DNA from: an uncultured Gammaproteobacteria bacterium
GTDB lineage: Bacteria > Patescibacteriota > Patescibacteriia > XYB2-FULL-38-15
Direction of reading: 5' to 3'
Assembly (NCBI GenBank): GCA_965231095.1
Contig: OZ246416.1
Location: forward strand, 343,277 to 407,276
Length of the DNA stretch: 64,000 nt
The first letter of the stretch is position 1; each line of letters starts with the position of its first letter. Below are positions 21,704-31,296 of this stretch, piece after piece. Made by a program: the position numbers and the translations under genes. The notes under the pieces are model-generated. The model saw nothing but the letters and a program-made list of their open reading frames with translations, made no database searches and was not told the DNA's origin.

Positions 21704-22687
21704 CTAGCGGCGCTTGCCCTTGCCGCCCTTCTTGTCGCCGCCCTTGCCCTTGTGGCGGTTGGAGTCGTCACCGAACTGGAAGCGCACGCCGCGCTTCTCC
21801 ATCTCGGCCCTGTCGCGCGCCTGCTCGGCGGCGAGACGCTCCCGGCGCGCGTCGCGTCGCGCTTCCCGCTCGGCGCGGGAAAGCTTCAGCTTCGCCGGCT
21901 CGGCCACGGGGACGGCCACGACCGCCGGTTCGGGCTTCTTCGGGGGCGGGACGCTCTCTCCCGCCGCCTTCTTCTGCCGCCGTTCGGCTTCGAACGCGGC
22001 ACTGCGGTAGTAGTCAAAGGGGTTGACGTGCCGGAGCGCTCCGGCCTCGAGCAGGATCATGAACTGCTTCTGACAAATCCCCGCGACCTCGTACTTGCCC
22101 TCCGCGTTCTTCACGATCGCGAAGCGCGTGGCCAGACCCTCATTGCGGCAGAGCTTGCAGCCCGGCACCCCGCAGAGCACCTTGCCGCTCTCGTCGCGCC
22201 GCGCCTGGAGCGGCTCGGCCTTGGCGGCCACGACCGCCTTCCAGTAGTCCACGGCGGCCGCCTGGGCGTGGATCGCGGCGTTCCTCACGCCGACGATCCC
22301 GTAGAGCGCCCCGATCTTCATCAAACGGCGGCGCTCTTCGGGCGGCATCCGCTCCGCGCAGATGTTGCAGATCGGCTCGAAGCCCCAGAGCTTCAGCCGG
22401 TCCCGCACGACCTCGACCAGCAGGGCCAGCTTGATCTTCCCGACGCTGTTGCCGTCGGTGTGCCCGCACTTCGAGCACACCCTCTTCTTCGGCTTCGCGG
22501 GCTCGACGGCCACGACGATCGGGTCGACCGGCTTCTCCGGCTCGGCCGCGATCTCGGCCACGACCGCCTCCGCCACCTCCGTCTTCACGAAGGACGGCAT
22601 GGCGGCCGCGATCAGGGCTTCGTAGTCCTCGTCGGTCAGGGTGCCCATCGGCACCGGAACCAGGATCGCTTCCATCGTTTCCGCCAT
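21704..22687 (-). CDS. Hypothetical Cys-cluster protein encoded in a high-GC island (two CxxC...CxxC zinc-ribbon-like pairs; Ala/Glu/Arg-rich; K/G-rich basic C-terminal tail)
   Basis: 327 aa ORF with AAGGAG RBS 7 nt upstream of ATG; protein-like composition unlike the Arg-rich opposite-strand ORF; region roughly 70% GC. Confidence 0.6.
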   Translation of the reverse strand: MAETMEAILVPVPMGTLTDEDYEALIAAAMPSFVKTEVAEAVVAEIAAEPEKPVDPIVVAVEPAKPKKRVCSKCGHTDGNSVGKIKLALLVEVVRDRLKLWGFEPICNICAERMPPEERRRLMKIGALYGIVGVRNAAIHAQAAAVDYWKAVVAAKAEPLQARRDESGKVLCGVPGCKLCRNEGLATRFAIVKNAEGKYEVAGICQKQFMILLEAGALRHVNPFDYYRSAAFEAERRQKKAAGESVPPPKKPEPAVVAVPVAEPAKLKLSRAEREARRDARRERLAAEQARDRAEMEKRGVRFQFGDDSNRHKGKGGDKKGGKGKRR

Positions 22688-23029
22688 GTTCAGTCTCCTT
22701 TTTCTCTTCGGTGGCAGTTACGAAAAATCAGATCGGAAACCGATCTGACCTTGGCTTCCCGCTAAACGGGATGTGCCAGAGGAATTTGGAGGTGAGTTGG
22801 CCTGTTCTGATAACACAGAACTGGCCGGTGGCATTTTGGTCAATTAACTTTTAGTAACCCCGAAAATCGAGATACCGAAATTTAATTGAGCCTCATGCCG
22901 AGTCTCGCGGTCACCAATTAATGGTCCGCAAAAACCTTCCTCCTCCAAATTTCTCTGGCACTATTTTGTAAAGAACCAGCACGACAAGCACTCTTTTTGA
23001 TCTTTAAGCCTATTTCAGCTTAACAAGTA

Positions 23030-23058
23030 AGTATAACATATATTCCGTATTTTGTCAA
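23030..23058 (-). promoter_or_regulatory. Candidate sigma70 promoter (TTGACA-17-TATACT on minus strand) about 340 nt upstream of the GC-rich gene, implying a long hairpin-rich 5' leader
   Basis: Consensus hexamers read on minus strand. Confidence 0.4.
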
Positions 23059-23165
23059 GAGGTTTTGACATTATTTTATATAAAATTCATATTTTTGGCT
23101 TAAATTAGCCAAAATAAATTGTTTATTTAAACACGAAATTAACGAGTATTTACAAATTTTAACAA

Positions 23166-23216
23166 ATAATAAAAATCCCTCTCCCCGGTGGGGAGAGGGC
23201 AGGGTGAGGGGGCAAA
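23166..23216 (-). terminator. GC-rich palindromic repeat copy 2 acting as lepA intrinsic terminator (cctctcccc-ggt-ggggagagg, then T-run on minus strand)
   Basis: Hairpin plus atttttattatt on minus strand, immediately 3' of lepA stop. Confidence 0.5.
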
Positions 23217-23256
23217 TTACCAATTTTCCATGATTTCAACTCCTAACTTCCGGCCT

Positions 23257-25035
23257 CTACTTCTTCAAAACGGCTAAAAATGCCTCGGGCGGAATATCAA
23301 CTTTACCCATTGCCTTCATTTTTTTCTTGCCCTTTTTCTGTTTTTCTAAAAGTTTGTTTTTTCGCGTCACGTCTCCGCCGTACAGCTTCGCGGTCACGTC
23401 TTTTTTCATCGCCGGTAAATGTTCCGAGGCAATAATTTTTCCGCCGAGCGCCGCCTGAATTTTAACTTCAAACATTTGCCGCGGCAAAACTTTTTTTAGT
23501 GACTGAACAATTCTCCGGCCCACATCCTGCGCCGTGTCGCGATAAACAATTGTTGCCAACGCCTCAACCGGTTCGCTCGCGACCAAAATATCCATCTTCG
23601 TAACTTCGGCTTTTTTATATCTAAAAAATTCATAATTCAATGAAGCATAACCCGAACTCACACTTTTTAATTTGTCATAAAAATCCACAAGAATTGCCGA
23701 GAGCGGAATTTCATAATGCAAAATTACCCGATCGGCGTCAAGATATTCTGTGTTTGAATATACTCCCCTTTTTTCCTGAACCATTTGCATAATCCCGCCG
23801 ATGTAGGCGCTTGGCGAAACTACATCAATTTTTATCCACGGCTCTTCAATAAATTCTATCCGCGACGGATCGGGCAATTCCGCCGGGCTCTTTACAATTA
23901 CTGTTTCATTTTTTTGGTTAGTAACACGATAAGCCACGGACGGAACCGTGACAATCACATCTAAATTATATTCCCGCCGCAAACGTTCCTCCACTATTTC
24001 AAGATGAAGCAAGCCCAAAAGACCGCAGCGAAAACCAAAACCCAAGGCTTTTGATTGCTCCGTTTCAAAAGTGAGCGAGGCGTCGTTTAATTTTAATTTT
24101 AAAATCGCTTCGCGGAGTTTTGGAAAATCATCTCCTTCTTTGCAAAAAATCCCCGCAAAAACCATCGGCTTCACTTCTGTATATCCCGGTAAACCTTGCA
24201 CCATAGATTCTGAATTCTTACTTGTTATCGTATCGCCCACGCGGCACTTTTCAATTTCTTTCAAGCCCGTGACAATATAGCCGATTTCTCCGACTGATAA
24301 TTTTTCCGCCGTCTGAAATTTTGGTTTAAAATATCCTACTTCCAAAACTTCGCTTTCGGTTTTCGTCGCCATCAAAAACATCTTGTCGCCGCGGCGCACT
24401 TCGCCGTCAACCACGCGAACATAAGCAACAACGCCTTTATAATCATCGTACTTGGAATCAAAAATTAAAGCGCGAAGCGGCCGATCGGTTTTACCAACCG
24501 GCGGAGGAACTTTTTCCACGACCGCTTCCAAAATTTCCGGCACGCCAATGCCTGTTTTTCCGGAGGCCAAAATCACTTCTTCTCTGCTGCATCCGACCAA
24601 CGCCACAATTTCCTGAATTGTTTTTTCCACTTCCGCATTTTTTAAATCAACTTTATTGACAACCGGAATAATCGCGAGGTTTTGCTCCAGAGCCAGATAT
24701 AAATTTCCCAAAGTCTGCGCTTGCACGCCCTGCGTCGCGTCCACCAAAAGCAGAGCGCCTTCCACCGCGGCGAGCGATCGGGAAACTTCATAATTAAAAT
24801 CAACATGGCCCGGAGTATCAATTAAATTCAAAATATAATCTTTATAATTCATTCTGACCGGCTGAAGTTTAATCGTAATCCCCCGCTCCCGTTCCAAATC
24901 CATCATATCAAGCAGTTGATCTTTCATTTCTCTTTTGGAAACTGTTCCGGTAAATTCCAAAAGGCGGTCGGCGAGCGTCGATTTCCCATGGTCAATATGT
25001 GCAATGATACAAAAATTTCTTATTTTATCCTGCAT
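23257..25035 (-). CDS. lepA: Elongation factor 4 (translational GTPase LepA)
   Basis: 592 aa; G1 motif AHIDHGKST, DTPGHVDF, NKVD. Confidence 0.95.
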   Translation of the reverse strand: MQDKIRNFCIIAHIDHGKSTLADRLLEFTGTVSKREMKDQLLDMMDLERERGITIKLQPVRMNYKDYILNLIDTPGHVDFNYEVSRSLAAVEGALLLVDATQGVQAQTLGNLYLALEQNLAIIPVVNKVDLKNAEVEKTIQEIVALVGCSREEVILASGKTGIGVPEILEAVVEKVPPPVGKTDRPLRALIFDSKYDDYKGVVAYVRVVDGEVRRGDKMFLMATKTESEVLEVGYFKPKFQTAEKLSVGEIGYIVTGLKEIEKCRVGDTITSKNSESMVQGLPGYTEVKPMVFAGIFCKEGDDFPKLREAILKLKLNDASLTFETEQSKALGFGFRCGLLGLLHLEIVEERLRREYNLDVIVTVPSVAYRVTNQKNETVIVKSPAELPDPSRIEFIEEPWIKIDVVSPSAYIGGIMQMVQEKRGVYSNTEYLDADRVILHYEIPLSAILVDFYDKLKSVSSGYASLNYEFFRYKKAEVTKMDILVASEPVEALATIVYRDTAQDVGRRIVQSLKKVLPRQMFEVKIQAALGGKIIASEHLPAMKKDVTAKLYGGDVTRKNKLLEKQKKGKKKMKAMGKVDIPPEAFLAVLKK

Positions 25036-25069
25036 ACCAAAAAAATCCTAATTCATAATTCATAATTTA

Positions 25070-26698
25070 TTACCTCGGTCCTTCTTCAATATTAACAATC
25101 GGTTTTTTAATTCTGAATAATTTATATTTTACGGCGTCGCGAACCGCAGTCATTTCTCGCGAACCAAGTGTCAGGGCGACCGCAGAAAAAATTAAAATCC
25201 CAACCGATCCGGCGCCCAGTCCTTGCCCAAGCACGCCCAAAAAAGTTTGCATATCAACATAGGGCGCGAGAATCGCTTTCATTGTTTGTGCGGCAAAAGC
25301 CATGAGCGAAGCGGCGGCGGAAATTTTAAAAGTTGATTTCAAAATATTTCCTTCGTCAAGCGGCCCGAATTTTATCCGAAGCACGATCCAGAGTAAAATA
25401 AAATTCAAAACTGAAGCCAAGGAAAATGCCATAGCCAAACCGGCGACCCCCCAGGGCCCTACCAAAAAAATCGCCGCCAAAATATTTACTGCCGCGGAAA
25501 TTAAACCAATAAAGAACGGTGTTTTGCTATCCTGCAGAGCGTAAAAAAATCTTGCCAAAAGCGGGATCAGAGCTTGGGCAAACAAACTCAAAACAAAATA
25601 CGCGAGCGTATCGGCCGTCAAAATCGTATCTTCCCAATTAAAATATCCGGCGCCAAAAATAACGCGGACAATTTGCGCGCGAAGCACTAAAAATAAAACC
25701 GAAGCGGGAATAATAAAAAAAACAATTTGCCGCGTGGTCTCTGAAAAACTTTTTATCATTTCTTCTTTTTTTCCGGCGGCGGCAAATTCTCCCAAAAGCG
25801 GAAAGGCGGCCACGGCAAAAGAAATCCCAATTATCCCCACGGGAAAATATTGTAAATTATTCGCTAAATTAAAAATCGCCAAACTTCCCGGAACCAAAGC
25901 TGAAGCAATAATTGTCATTACGACTAAATTTATTTGCGACACGGCAAGCCCAAGAGTTCTGGGAATCATCATCTTCCCAATCGCCCTGATTTTTTTATTT
26001 GCTAAATCAAAAAGCGGAGCGTAACGAAAGCCTAGCCGCCAGGCGGCAGGCGCTTGAATTAACATATGTGCCGCGGCGCCCAAAACCACGCCCCAGGCCA
26101 AACCATAAATTCCCCACCATCGCGTAAAAAATAGAGCACCGATAATGATGCCGATGTTGTAAAAAATTGGCGCCAGGGCGTAAACAAAAAATCTCCTGAA
26201 AGATTGTAAAACGCTTCCTAAAATATTGGAAAATCCCAAAAAAATCGGCGAGAACATCATTATCTGTGTCATCGTGACCGTCATCGCCATTTTTTCCGGA
26301 CCAAATCCCGGAGTAATCACAGGAACGATCCATGGCGCGAGCACGATAAACAAACCGCAAAGCACGGCGAGCGAGGCGCCCATAATATTCATCACGCTGT
26401 TTGCGATTTTCCAGGCTTCTTTCGGCTCTTCATTTTTTTCTTTGGCGGCGCAAATCGCGGCGGTAAAAATCGGAATAAATCCGGCGGAAAGCGCGCCCAA
26501 AATCAACAAATTAAAAATCAAATCCGGAATGCGGAAGGCGGCATAATAAATATCCAGCGTGTCACCGGCGCCGAATTCTCCGGCGAGAACGCGATCGCGA
26601 AGAACGCCCAAAAAACGAGATGCCAAAGAAGCTGCTCCCAAAAGAAGAGCAGCTCCGGTAATAGTTTTTGATTCTCCGTTTAAAATCTTACCAAACAT
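25070..26698 (-). CDS. murJ: Lipid II flippase MurJ (MviN)
   Basis: 542 aa, ~14 TM; N-terminal LASRFLGVLRDRVLAGEFGAG...DIYYAAFRIPD. Confidence 0.9.
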   Translation of the reverse strand: MFGKILNGESKTITGAALLLGAASLASRFLGVLRDRVLAGEFGAGDTLDIYYAAFRIPDLIFNLLILGALSAGFIPIFTAAICAAKEKNEEPKEAWKIANSVMNIMGASLAVLCGLFIVLAPWIVPVITPGFGPEKMAMTVTMTQIMMFSPIFLGFSNILGSVLQSFRRFFVYALAPIFYNIGIIIGALFFTRWWGIYGLAWGVVLGAAAHMLIQAPAAWRLGFRYAPLFDLANKKIRAIGKMMIPRTLGLAVSQINLVVMTIIASALVPGSLAIFNLANNLQYFPVGIIGISFAVAAFPLLGEFAAAGKKEEMIKSFSETTRQIVFFIIPASVLFLVLRAQIVRVIFGAGYFNWEDTILTADTLAYFVLSLFAQALIPLLARFFYALQDSKTPFFIGLISAAVNILAAIFLVGPWGVAGLAMAFSLASVLNFILLWIVLRIKFGPLDEGNILKSTFKISAAASLMAFAAQTMKAILAPYVDMQTFLGVLGQGLGAGSVGILIFSAVALTLGSREMTAVRDAVKYKLFRIKKPIVNIEEGPR

Positions 26699-26707
26699 TT
26701 TCTGTTT

Positions 26708-27883
26708 TTACTTTTTTATTTTTTTCGCAATCATTAACTCTTCATTGGTCGGAATCGCCAAAACCCGCGGCGACCCGAAAATTTTCATATCTTTCATAAT
26801 TAAAGCTCTAACTATTTTATTTCTCTCCCCGATGCCAGCGGTAAAAACTATCGCGTCAACTCTTCCCAAAACCGCCCCGTAGGCTCCCAAATATTTTTTG
26901 ACACGGTAAATAAAAACCTGTAACGCGAGTTTTGCTAACTCCTTCTTCTCCGCGCTGACTTTTTTACTTTTGAAATTCGCCACTTTATAGCCGGCGGCAA
27001 GAAGTACGTCCCGCATATCGGAAAATCCAGAGAGTCCGAGCATGCCAGATTTTTTATTTAAAATATTATCAACTTCTTCGGGCTTTATTTTTAATTCGCG
27101 AATCAGATAAAGCGGAATTGCGGGATCAAGGTCGCCGGAACGAGTTGACATCACGAGTCCTTCAAGCGGCGTAAAACCCATACTCGTATCCACTGCCCGG
27201 CCGCCACAAATTGCCGTAATGGAGGCCCCGCTTCCCAAGTGACACGTGATGAGGTTTAATTTCGCGAGCGGTTTCTTTAAAATTTTTGCCGCCTCATTCG
27301 CCACATATTCATGCGAAATTCCGTGAAATCCATAACGACGAATCTTGTGCTTCTTATAAAAATCAATTGGCAGAGCGTAAGTATAGGCAAAATCCGGAAG
27401 AGTGGAATAAAAGCCCGTATCAAAAACCGCGACATTTTTTGCGCCGGGCAAAAGCTTCCCGCAAGCCCGAATTCCCATTAAATTTGCGGGGTTATGCAGC
27501 GGGGATAACTTATCATATTTTGATATTTTTTTCAAGACCGCTGGCGTAATGATTGTTGGTTTAGTAAACTCTTCGCCGCCGTGAACCACGCGATGGCCGA
27601 CCAGCGTGATTTCAGATTTCAGATTTGAGATTTTAGATAATTGCTCCAAAACTAATTTAAAAGCCTCTTCGTGATTTTTTACCGCGCGGAAAATTTTTAA
27701 CTCTCTCCCCGAAATTTTAAATTCCAAAAAACTTCCGCCCAAACCGATGCGCTCCACGACTCCCGATGCCGCCTCTTTCAAATTTCCAAAATCAAAAACC
27801 TTAAACTTCAATGTCGCGCTGCCGGAATTTATAACCAAAATATATTTCATAATTATTCTAAAATCAGTTCTCCAAAACTGCAA
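26708..27883 (-). CDS. ackA: Acetate kinase
   Basis: 391 aa; N-terminal ILVINSGSATLKFKVF, conserved HLGSGASITA and ERN motifs. Confidence 0.9.
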   Translation of the reverse strand: MQFWRTDFRIIMKYILVINSGSATLKFKVFDFGNLKEAASGVVERIGLGGSFLEFKISGRELKIFRAVKNHEEAFKLVLEQLSKISNLKSEITLVGHRVVHGGEEFTKPTIITPAVLKKISKYDKLSPLHNPANLMGIRACGKLLPGAKNVAVFDTGFYSTLPDFAYTYALPIDFYKKHKIRRYGFHGISHEYVANEAAKILKKPLAKLNLITCHLGSGASITAICGGRAVDTSMGFTPLEGLVMSTRSGDLDPAIPLYLIRELKIKPEEVDNILNKKSGMLGLSGFSDMRDVLLAAGYKVANFKSKKVSAEKKELAKLALQVFIYRVKKYLGAYGAVLGRVDAIVFTAGIGERNKIVRALIMKDMKIFGSPRVLAIPTNEELMIAKKIKK

Positions 27884-28434
27884 ACTTTTCCGCAGCCCGA
27901 GGCATTGGCTTCGTCAGTGTCAATATGGGCTGAAATATGAAAAGTCGGTTTGATGCGAACCACAACATTTTCAAAAATTAATCCCCGCTCGCCGGTAACT
28001 TTAACTTTTACCAAATCATCATTTTTTAATCCGAGCTCATCGGCTTCATTTTGATTAATATGTAAGTGTCGTTTAGCGATAATAATTCCTTCGACTAAAT
28101 CAACTTCGCCAGCCGGCCCGATAATTTTCGCGCCGGCCGAACCGGCCACATCTCCGGAAATCCGGAGCGGCGCGTCAATGCCCAAAGAAAACGCGTCAGT
28201 GTAGGAAAGCTCCACTTGTGTCGCGGATCGCACTGGCCCAACCACCCGCAAATTTTCCAAATTTCTTTTTGATCCAACTAAAGTCACGGTTTCCTCCGCC
28301 GCGAATTCCCCTTCTTGCGACAAATCCTTAATATTTTTCAAAACATAGCCCGCGCCAAAAAGTTTTTCCAAATCGACTTGATTAAGATGAATATGCCGCG
28401 CGGAAATTTCTACTTTTACTTTTATAGTTTTCAT
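27853..28434 (-). CDS. pduL: PduL-type phosphate acyltransferase (phosphotransacetylase analogue)
   Basis: 193 aa; duplicated RHIH / RHLH PduL repeats; overlaps ackA start. Confidence 0.75.
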   Translation of the reverse strand: MKTIKVKVEISARHIHLNQVDLEKLFGAGYVLKNIKDLSQEGEFAAEETVTLVGSKRNLENLRVVGPVRSATQVELSYTDAFSLGIDAPLRISGDVAGSAGAKIIGPAGEVDLVEGIIIAKRHLHINQNEADELGLKNDDLVKVKVTGERGLIFENVVVRIKPTFHISAHIDTDEANASGCGKVCSFGELILE

Positions 28435-28435
28435 A

Positions 28436-29434
28436 TTATTTTCCTATTAATTTTGTGACCGTTGTCCAAGCTAAAAGCGGCTCTTGCGCTCCGATGCCGG
28501 TCAAATTATACGCGCTGTTTAAGGCGGCGAGTTTCGCGGCTTTCAAAACATTTCCGCAATAGCGAATATAGCCGGCAAGAAAACTTGAACAAAATGCGTC
28601 TCCCGCGCCGGTCGTGTCCACAACTCTTTTGCTTAAAGAAGCTTGATGATAAATTTTTCCGCGAAGATAAATGTACGCGCCTTTCGCGCCGTCCGTAATT
28701 ACTAAAATTCCTGGACAAAATTCCGCCAAAACTCCAAAAAGATTTTTGGGCTGATTCAGCCACGCTGTGCCGGCTTTTTTATATTTTGGCAGAGACATTA
28801 CAAGTTCAATCGCCTCATCTTTATTTACAAAAAATATCGCCGTTTTTGCCAAATATTTTTTTAGGCCGGGAAGTCCGGCGGCTAGCTGTTTATTTCCTGG
28901 ATTCCAGGCAAGACGAGACTCTTTAGATATTACCGCATCCATCACGCCGCGCCAGCCGTCGCCGGAAAGCGACGCGACGTAAAACCAATTCGTTTTAAAT
29001 TTTAAATCACGCGCCGCGAGTTTTAAATTGTTATTCGCCCCGCGAAACAAAAACGCCGTGTGCTCCATCGCCGCGCCAAAAGTCACAATAAAAGAAAAAC
29101 TGGTTTTTAGAGCCGGATCAATTTGAACAAATTTTGCGTCCACTTTATTTTTTACCAAATTAGCCGCGACCGCCCGGCCATCTTCGTCTTTCCCCACTCG
29201 CGCGATTGTTGCGGTTTTTAAACCAAGCCGCGACAGGGCCACGGCGGCATTGGCTGCTCCTCCGCCAAAAGTAAAATGCGCTTTTTCAATTCCAATTTTC
29301 GCGCCGAATTCAAATCCCAAAAGTTTCTGCCGCAGGGGATCTTTCATCTGAGCGACTAATTTTCCTTCTTTAGTATAAAAAGTAATGTCTCGCGCCGCTC
29401 CGCCGACTGTCACGACGTCAAAATTTTTTGCCAT
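28436..29434 (-). CDS. PfkB-family carbohydrate kinase (ribokinase-like)
   Basis: 332 aa; N-terminal VVTVGGAARD and C-terminal DTTGAGDAFCSSFLAG motif. Confidence 0.8.
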   Translation of the reverse strand: MAKNFDVVTVGGAARDITFYTKEGKLVAQMKDPLRQKLLGFEFGAKIGIEKAHFTFGGGAANAAVALSRLGLKTATIARVGKDEDGRAVAANLVKNKVDAKFVQIDPALKTSFSFIVTFGAAMEHTAFLFRGANNNLKLAARDLKFKTNWFYVASLSGDGWRGVMDAVISKESRLAWNPGNKQLAAGLPGLKKYLAKTAIFFVNKDEAIELVMSLPKYKKAGTAWLNQPKNLFGVLAEFCPGILVITDGAKGAYIYLRGKIYHQASLSKRVVDTTGAGDAFCSSFLAGYIRYCGNVLKAAKLAALNSAYNLTGIGAQEPLLAWTTVTKLIGK

Positions 29435-29436
29435 AA

Positions 29437-29733
29437 TTATCTTTTTAATTTCTTTAATTGCGTAATCAATTTATCCTTTGCGAGGTCAATCGCCTCAACA
29501 ATTGTGTGGTCGTCTTCACTCACGAGAAAACTTTGTTTTGGCAATTTTAAATCGAAAGTAATCTTGTATGCGCTGTTTGTCATAAACTTTTCTGCCTTAA
29601 TCCGGAGCGAAACCGAATCTTCCGCTTGGCGGTGAATTAATTTTTCTAACTGCGGAATTTTCGTCTCCACATATTCTTCGCACCACTTCTTCTCCGCCGG
29701 AGTAAGATTTTTGAAAAAATAATCAATTTGCAT
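29437..29733 (-). CDS. hpf: Ribosome hibernation promoting factor (HPF/RaiA family)
   Basis: 98 aa; RaiA-like fold signature (IDYFFKNLTPAEKKWCEEYVETKIPQLEK...). Confidence 0.8.
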   Translation of the reverse strand: MQIDYFFKNLTPAEKKWCEEYVETKIPQLEKLIHRQAEDSVSLRIKAEKFMTNSAYKITFDLKLPKQSFLVSEDDHTIVEAIDLAKDKLITQLKKLKR

Positions 29734-29800
29734 ATATAAAATATTAGTTGTTAATTAGTAAATTATAGCATAAAATCACGAAAAGACGAAACTGAATCTA

Positions 29801-29829
29801 TTGACAATTTGTTAAATATCTGATATTAT
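29801..29829 (+). promoter_or_regulatory. Near-consensus sigma70 promoter TTGACA-17-TATTAT driving the GC-rich DUF218 cassette
   Basis: Hexamers and 17-nt spacer read directly; ~17 nt upstream of the GTG start. Confidence 0.55.
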
Positions 29830-29845
29830 TTAATGTCACAATTTC

Positions 29846-30391
29846 GTGACTAGAAAGAAGGATGCCGTGCGCTACTTGTTCATCCCGAGCTGCGAAGTGG
29901 CAACGAAAGATACGCTGGAGGGCACCACGACCGAAAAGCGTCTCATCCGCGGACTCGCGCTCTGGCAGAGCGGCAGGTTCGATGCGATCATCGTGACGGG
30001 CGGCGTCTATCTTCCGCCGGAACAGCAGACGCTCCCCTCGGGAATCCTGATGAGACAGTGGCTCGTCGAAAAGGGCGTCCCCGAGAAGGCGATCATCTGC
30101 GAAGATCGCTCGCGCGACACCTACGAGAACATCACCGGCGCCCTGACGCTCATCACCGACGACCCCGCGCCAGAGTTCACGGTCGTGACCCACTGGCAGC
30201 ACGCGCTGCGGTTTTGGGTGACCTTCCGCCTCGCGCACCGGCGCAAAATACGCCTCGTGCCGATGTGGTACTGGATCGGTCTCAAGGGTTTCGTGTTGGA
30301 GTGGGCGATGTTGCTCATCCACATCGTCGACCCGAGAGGAACCGGAAAAATCGCAACCCGGAATCGCGAAACGCGCAGCCAGAAGTCGTGA
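29846..30391 (+). CDS. DUF218 (YdcF/SanA/ElyC-like) domain protein encoded in a high-GC island; GTG start, TGA stop
   Basis: 181 aa; DAIIVTGG...LMRQWLVEKGVPEKAIICEDRSRDTYENI matches DUF218 core; region ~65% GC. Confidence 0.7.
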   Translation: MTRKKDAVRYLFIPSCEVATKDTLEGTTTEKRLIRGLALWQSGRFDAIIVTGGVYLPPEQQTLPSGILMRQWLVEKGVPEKAIICEDRSRDTYENITGALTLITDDPAPEFTVVTHWQHALRFWVTFRLAHRRKIRLVPMWYWIGLKGFVLEWAMLLIHIVDPRGTGKIATRNRETRSQKS

Positions 30392-30427
30392 AACGGTTCG
30401 CCGCGAACCACCGAGAAAGGAAAAAGC

Positions 30428-30658
30428 GTGGAAAACGAATTGAGGAGGCAACCCCGACAGTTCAAGTTCGTGGCAGTAGGAATGGCCTTGTTCGCGCTCT
30501 TGACGATTCCCAGTGCGGTCATTGCCCTCATCCTGCCAGCACCGATCGGCATGATGTTTTTCAAGCTGGTCATCTCCACCGGAACCGTGGCGATCGTGAT
30601 CTTCCTGGCGCTGGTGCGACGAAGCATCAAGCGACGAGAGAAGGGGGAGCACACCTAG
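30428..30658 (+). CDS. Small two-TM membrane protein of unknown function (GC-rich island, GTG start)
   Basis: 76 aa; two hydrophobic helices (VAVGMALFALLTIPSAVIALIL; ISTGTVAIVIFLALV). Confidence 0.45.
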   Translation: MENELRRQPRQFKFVAVGMALFALLTIPSAVIALILPAPIGMMFFKLVISTGTVAIVIFLALVRRSIKRREKGEHT

Positions 30659-30671
30659 CGACGGAACAAGT

Positions 30672-30727
30672 CGTAAAACCAGCCACACGGCTGGATCGAG
30701 AGCCTTCGACAAGCTCTCTTTTTTTAT
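30672..30727. terminator. Back-to-back intrinsic terminators: plus-strand gagagccttcgacaagctctc + T7; minus-strand ccagccgtgtggctgg + TTTT
   Basis: Two hairpins with flanking T-runs on respective strands. Confidence 0.55.
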
Positions 30728-31290
30728 TTAAACCTCACTGGCACAATTAACGAATCAGCGTATTCGGGAAGGCCGGAGGGATTATCTTTTTCTAAAATCA
30801 AAGTTCCGGTCGCAGTGGTTGGCGCGATAAATTCCAAAGTTGCTTCGAATGGCACAAAATTTTCCGTCATCCATTCCCCTTGCGCCTGGGCCGGAATAAT
30901 GGCGAGTTCGGCGCCATTTGCGTCCAAAAGCTTCACCGGAAAACTGGCTTCAAAATACCACGTACCGCGGGCTTGGCCGGTAATTTCGAGCGGACTGGTC
31001 ACGATCGCGTTCGGACGCGGCGAATCAATTTTTATTAAATTTGTTTTTTCCAATTCATTGCCGATGTATTCAATAAAATTTTGACCATTTGCCCGGCATT
31101 GGCGCGGATAAGATTCCATGACCGGATTTCCGGCGGCGACGCATTCTTCAAAGTTTGTGACTGTGCTCACGGGAACGTTTTGATTTTCATTTTCAGCTGG
31201 CGGAGTTGTTTTATAAAAATTGTAGTAATAAAACACTCCACCCAAAAGTAGGATAAGAACGATTAATAAAAGCGCGATTCTTGTTTTCAT
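30724..31290 (-). CDS. Secreted/anchored protein of unknown function (possible Ig-like Gmad2-type domain)
   Basis: 188 aa; N-terminal TM/signal anchor IALLLIVLILLLGGVFYYY. Confidence 0.5.
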   Translation of the reverse strand: MKTRIALLLIVLILLLGGVFYYYNFYKTTPPAENENQNVPVSTVTNFEECVAAGNPVMESYPRQCRANGQNFIEYIGNELEKTNLIKIDSPRPNAIVTSPLEITGQARGTWYFEASFPVKLLDANGAELAIIPAQAQGEWMTENFVPFEATLEFIAPTTATGTLILEKDNPSGLPEYADSLIVPVRFK

Positions 31291-31296
31291 AGTTTT

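Noticed and set aside
21605-22765. 386-aa plus-strand ORF across the first GC island
   Set aside because: Extremely Arg/Leu/Gly/His-rich, low-complexity translation typical of an antisense shadow frame in high-GC DNA. The minus-strand ORF has protein-like composition, Cys motifs and a perfect RBS.
23059-23100. Plus-strand TTGACA with nearby TATAAA upstream of lepA region
   Set aside because: Spacer lengths do not fit a sigma70 promoter and there is no downstream plus-strand gene. The minus-strand TTGACA-17-TATACT is the better promoter call.
29798-30712. 304-aa minus-strand ORF across the DUF218 island
   Set aside because: Arg/His-rich shadow ORF. The plus-strand frame shows a recognisable DUF218 core and has promoter and terminator in the right orientation.
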